Assembly: GCA_026394495.1 (NCBI GenBank)
Contig: JAPKYE010000012.1
Location: 83 to 64,082, forward strand
DNA: 64,000 nucleotides
Reading direction: 5' to 3'
Source: Methanobacteriota archaeon
GTDB lineage: Archaea; Thermoplasmatota; E2; DHVEG-1
In this document: piece by piece, positions 60,279 to 64,000 of the stretch
Layout of the letters: every line of letters starts with the position of its first letter
Numbering within the stretch: the first letter of the stretch is position 1
Program-made: the position numbers and the translations under genes
Notes under the pieces: generated by a model
Databases searched by the model: none
Told to the model about the DNA's origin: nothing
What the model saw: the letters and a program-made list of their open reading frames with translations, nothing else

Positions 60279-63200
60279 ATGAGAGATAAAAGAAAGAACG
60301 TGTATAGATGTATGATAGTGTGCGCAATGTTTGCATTACTGATGATGAGTTCTTTATCGGCTGCATTCATGCAGAAAGTGACGAATCAATTAAAACAACA
60401 GGATAAAGAATCATGGGAAAATCGTATCAGTGTGACTATCCCTATTGCATCCTATGAGATTGCCCTGAACGATCAAACATCAGAAATTAGTATTAACGGA
60501 TTCGGCAGGATACCTACACCAGGATGCCCGGATCTTCCATCGAGAATATTTTCTATCGCAATCCCGCCGGGGGCACAGTTTCTATCTCTTCAGTATAAAG
60601 TGAATAAAGAGCGTATCCTTGAAGGAAGTCATGATATCGCTCCAGTCCCCCTTACCCAGGTGATCGGGGAAGAAAAACAGGGGCTTCTTGCTCAACGACA
60701 ACGAGAGTATGATACTCAATATACTCAGGTGTATGGCAGTGACGCTGCGTATCCTGCTTCAGCTGTTGAATATGTTCGTTCTTCAGGATACCGAAAATAC
60801 AATCTTATTGATATACGTGTGAATCCAATAAGGTACCAGCCTTTGTCTGGTATTCTGACATATTATCCGGAAATAACTATCGATGTATTCTATCAGTTCC
60901 CCAAACGTTCCGTTACCATGATCAACGATCATCTTGAAAGAACCGAAACGATCGCTCACGACATTATTTTTAATTATGATGAAGCACAGACATGGTATCC
61001 CCCTGAAAAATCTCTACTACAGGGAACACATGACTATGTCATCATTACTCTTGGTTCATTGACATCATCGGTGACGCCATTAGTAGACTGGGAGACCATC
61101 AAGGGGAGAAACGTTGAAGTAGTGACGACCTCATGGATTGCATCCAACTATGCAGGATATGACCTGGCTGAGAAAATCAGAAACTTTCTCAGAGACAAGT
61201 ATCCCTCAGATGAATGGGGAATTGAAGACGTGCTCCTCGTCGGTCATTACGATGATGTTCCCATGCGCCGCTGCTGGCAGGATGTCGGTTACGGAAAACC
61301 TGAGACTGATTTTTACTATGCAGAGCTGTCCCTTGCGGACAGTGCTTCATGGGATGCAGACGGCGATCATCAATGGGGAGAAGACTCAGATCCTATTGAT
61401 TTCTATAACGAAGTAAACGTTGGTCGTATCCCCTGGAGCAGCGCAAGCACTGTGGCAAGCATCTGCCAAAAATCTGTAGCATATGAACAAAACGAAGAAC
61501 TCTCGTATAAGAAAAACATCCTCCTCCTAGGGGCATTCTTTTGGGATAACGACCCGAACCCCCGAACAGACAATGCAGTGCTCATGGAAGCAAAAGTGGA
61601 TCAACCATGGATGGAGAACTGGACAATGACCCGCATGTACGAACAAGGATATTCAACCTATCCCATGGATTATGATCTGACGTATAATAACGTAAGAGAC
61701 ATCTGGTCTGCTGGGACCTATGCGTTTGTGAACTGGGCTGGTCATGGGTCAGAAACCGAATGTGTCAGATATCATCCTTCAATGACTGATTTTGTCAATA
61801 CTCAGACGTGTAATTATTTGAACGATGCCTATCCAGCGATCATATTTGCTAACGCTTGTAGCAATTCAGACACGGATTATCTGAATCTCGGTCAGGCTAT
61901 GCTTCAGCGCGGAGCCGTTGGTTTTGTTGGAGCAACAAAGGTAGCATTTGGATGCCCTGGATGGGATAATCCCTATGATGGATCCGGTCAATCCTTGGAT
62001 TATTTCTTCACAACCTTTGTCACATCTGGTGATTACACACAAGGCCAAGCACATCAAACAGCATTAAGAAACATGTATACCTATGGTCTCTGGGACTATC
62101 AAAAATATGAAACATTTGAATGGGGAGCACTCTGGGGCAACCCAGATCTTGGCATGGGGCCGCCACCATTCATCCGAATCCTTCTCCCCGATGATCTACC
62201 AGAATATATCGAACCAGGTATCGCTACACCAATCACTGTTCAGATGTATGAAGGAGTCGAACAATATGTACCTGATAGTGGTATGTTACATTATCGCTAT
62301 AACGGCGGCGAATGGCAGACCACTACATGGGAACCACTCGGTGGTGATCTGTTCCAAGCTGTTTTACCTGGTGGATATTGTGGTGATTTACCAGAATATT
62401 ACTTCAGCGCTGAAGGTACAACCAGTGGCATTGTAACCAACCCTACAAACGCTCCAGATGATTTGTATACTGCTACGGTCGGGACTTATATAACAGTCAT
62501 AGCAGACGATTTTGAGACTGATCAGGGCTGGATCGTTGAGAATATTGGCGTAATGTCTGGGAGTTGGGAGTGCGGTGTCCCTGTTGGTGGCGGTGACCGT
62601 GGTGATCCACCCACAGACTTTGATGGATCTGGCCAGTGTTATCTGACTGGCAACCAGGATGGTAATTCCGACGTCGACGGTGGCCCAACACGATTGATAT
62701 CCCCGACTTTTGATCTTAGCGGAGCAGTTGATCCTCTTCTTCAGTATGCCCGATGGTTCACCAATGATGACCTTGACCAAGATCGTCTCATTGTAGAAAT
62801 CTCAAATGACAATGGAGCATCATGGATATTGATTGAAAGTGTACCTGATACCCATGGCTGGGTAAAACGGACGATTCACATCGCAGATTATGTTTCACTC
62901 ACCTCACAGGTGAAGGTGAGGTTCAGCGTCGCTGATGTCCCGAACAATTCAGTGACTGAGGCTGCGATTGATGATGTAAAAATCTTCTACACAGAATGCA
63001 ATATGTTCTTTACTGTAGACGGGCAGGTCTTTGAAGACGATGGAGAAACACCTGCGCTTAACCCTGAAGTGACAGTCGTGAATCTGAATACCGCTGAATC
63101 ATGGCAAGCAGTGGTTGGTACGGATTCATCCGTCTATTCTGTTGTTCTGACGTCAGGGGACGATGTAAATGTTGGTGATGTTCTACGTGTCATCGCACGG

Positions 63201-64000
63201 AATCAAACCTCAGCAAACATTTCTGTAACTGAGAATACAGTAACCCAGAGTCAGATGAACGCGCATGGTGTGACTATTGATATGGTGCTTGATGTGTATT
63301 ACCTGGATCTATCTGATTTTCCCATGTATCCAGCACAATCACCGTATCATGAGATGTGTGGTCCTGCTGTTGCCCAGATGACCTTGAATTATTTGTGGTG
63401 GAATAGGACCCAGGACCCAAGTGGTCCACCAATGATTTTCGACAACCAACAATTGCTCTATGACACTGGACATGCAAACAACACCAATCAAAGTCTCCCC
63501 TATCTTGATACGCAAGGGATGTGGAACCTTATCCAATACCGCAAACCTATGCCCTACACCACCTACGGGTACAATTTTTTCAAAAACGCAAATACCGATC
63601 AAACCTTTATGCTTAAACAAATCTGCTTGTGGATCAACTACACCGTTGGAACCTACGGAGGACATAAACCAGGACATCCCTCTAATGTCCCTGCACTCGT
63701 ACCAACCTATGGCGACTATAGTAACTGGATGGCGGTCCGAGGCATCCACACCAACAATAGTGCGTATCCACTTCCTAGTGCACTCACCGTCTATGGATTC
63801 TGGGTCAACGACCCCTACCCCGGTATCGGTGGCCTTGGTGAAAACAGCTATAAAACCATTGATCAATGGACCACACAATACTACCTACCACTTGTATCCA
63901 GTGACATCTATAATGGAAAATATGTCGCCATCTGCGACCCACCAGAAAGCACACAAGAATGCAACCTAAAATACGCCCAGTCGCCAGCCCAATTCACCAC
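60279..64000 (+). CDS. Secreted multidomain gingipain-family (C25) cysteine peptidase, >1240 aa, runs off the window
   Basis: Manual translation shows no stop from ATG 60279 (GGAGG upstream) to the end: signal peptide, propeptide (PGCPDLP), DYVII, VGRIP, catalytic NWAGHG (His 61743) and FANACS (Cys 61857), WGNPDL, beta-sandwich domains, then a C39-like domain. Absent from the ORF track. Confidence 0.9.
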   Translation, partial: MRDKRKNVYRCMIVCAMFALLMMSSLSAAFMQKVTNQLKQQDKESWENRISVTIPIASYEIALNDQTSEISINGFGRIPTPGCPDLPSRIFSIAIPPGAQFLSLQYKVNKERILEGSHDIAPVPLTQVIGEEKQGLLAQRQREYDTQYTQVYGSDAAYPASAVEYVRSSGYRKYNLIDIRVNPIRYQPLSGILTYYPEITIDVFYQFPKRSVTMINDHLERTETIAHDIIFNYDEAQTWYPPEKSLLQGTHDYVIITLGSLTSSVTPLVDWETIKGRNVEVVTTSWIASNYAGYDLAEKIRNFLRDKYPSDEWGIEDVLLVGHYDDVPMRRCWQDVGYGKPETDFYYAELSLADSASWDADGDHQWGEDSDPIDFYNEVNVGRIPWSSASTVASICQKSVAYEQNEELSYKKNILLLGAFFWDNDPNPRTDNAVLMEAKVDQPWMENWTMTRMYEQGYSTYPMDYDLTYNNVRDIWSAGTYAFVNWAGHGSETECVRYHPSMTDFVNTQTCNYLNDAYPAIIFANACSNSDTDYLNLGQAMLQRGAVGFVGATKVAFGCPGWDNPYDGSGQSLDYFFTTFVTSGDYTQGQAHQTALRNMYTYGLWDYQKYETFEWGALWGNPDLGMGPPPFIRILLPDDLPEYIEPGIATPITVQMYEGVEQYVPDSGMLHYRYNGGEWQTTTWEPLGGDLFQAVLPGGYCGDLPEYYFSAEGTTSGIVTNPTNAPDDLYTATVGTYITVIADDFETDQGWIVENIGVMSGSWECGVPVGGGDRGDPPTDFDGSGQCYLTGNQDGNSDVDGGPTRLISPTFDLSGAVDPLLQYARWFTNDDLDQDRLIVEISNDNGASWILIESVPDTHGWVKRTIHIADYVSLTSQVKVRFSVADVPNNSVTEAAIDDVKIFYTECNMFFTVDGQVFEDDGETPALNPEVTVVNLNTAESWQAVVGTDSSVYSVVLTSGDDVNVGDVLRVIARNQTSANISVTENTVTQSQMNAHGVTIDMVLDVYYLDLSDFPMYPAQSPYHEMCGPAVAQMTLNYLWWNRTQDPSGPPMIFDNQQLLYDTGHANNTNQSLPYLDTQGMWNLIQYRKPMPYTTYGYNFFKNANTDQTFMLKQICLWINYTVGTYGGHKPGHPSNVPALVPTYGDYSNWMAVRGIHTNNSAYPLPSALTVYGFWVNDPYPGIGGLGENSYKTIDQWTTQYYLPLVSSDIYNGKYVAICDPPESTQECNLKYAQSPAQFT

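Noticed and set aside
1-64000. CRISPR array, rRNA or tRNA genes
   Set aside because: No regularly spaced repeats, no rRNA-like tract and no T-arm/cloverleaf seen by eye; almost all DNA is protein-coding. A tRNAscan/Infernal run would be the proper test.

Overview
Archaeal chromosomal window, about 70 genes. TFB, fibrillarin, a PAC2 proteasome chaperone, archaeal Ogg and an AbrB-PhoU regulator establish the domain. The gingipain-family (C25) peptidase, M32 carboxypeptidase and secreted proteins suggest Thermoplasmatota, probably Marine Benthic Group D / Thermoprofundales-like (inference, not tested). Layout: 1-12.9 kb Fe-S, redox, repair and transport genes; 13-21.8 kb core genes plus a radical SAM-TRAM-HhH protein and a short RNase III; 21.9-28.8 kb accessory block (decayed ISH3-type IS, PAS kinase-receiver-triple-repeat operon, repeat-flanked beta-helix gene); 28.8-33 kb hydrogenase maturation genes; 33-52 kb a phosphate/polyphosphate locus; 53-60 kb metabolism and ABC export; 60.3 kb to the end a >1240-aa peptidase ORF missing from the ORF track. 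The most unusual items are a CYTH-ppk1-(CHAD+metallophosphoesterase+HD)-ppx-X-ppk2 cluster, a circularly permuted PstS next to a fused PstC-PstA, a three-repeat protein of unknown family downstream of a kinase and stand-alone receiver, a shared Zn-ribbon on two unlinked ABC ATPases, and a C25 peptidase fused to a C39-like domain. No rRNA, tRNA or CRISPR array was seen. All family calls are from motif recognition by eye; no searches were run.
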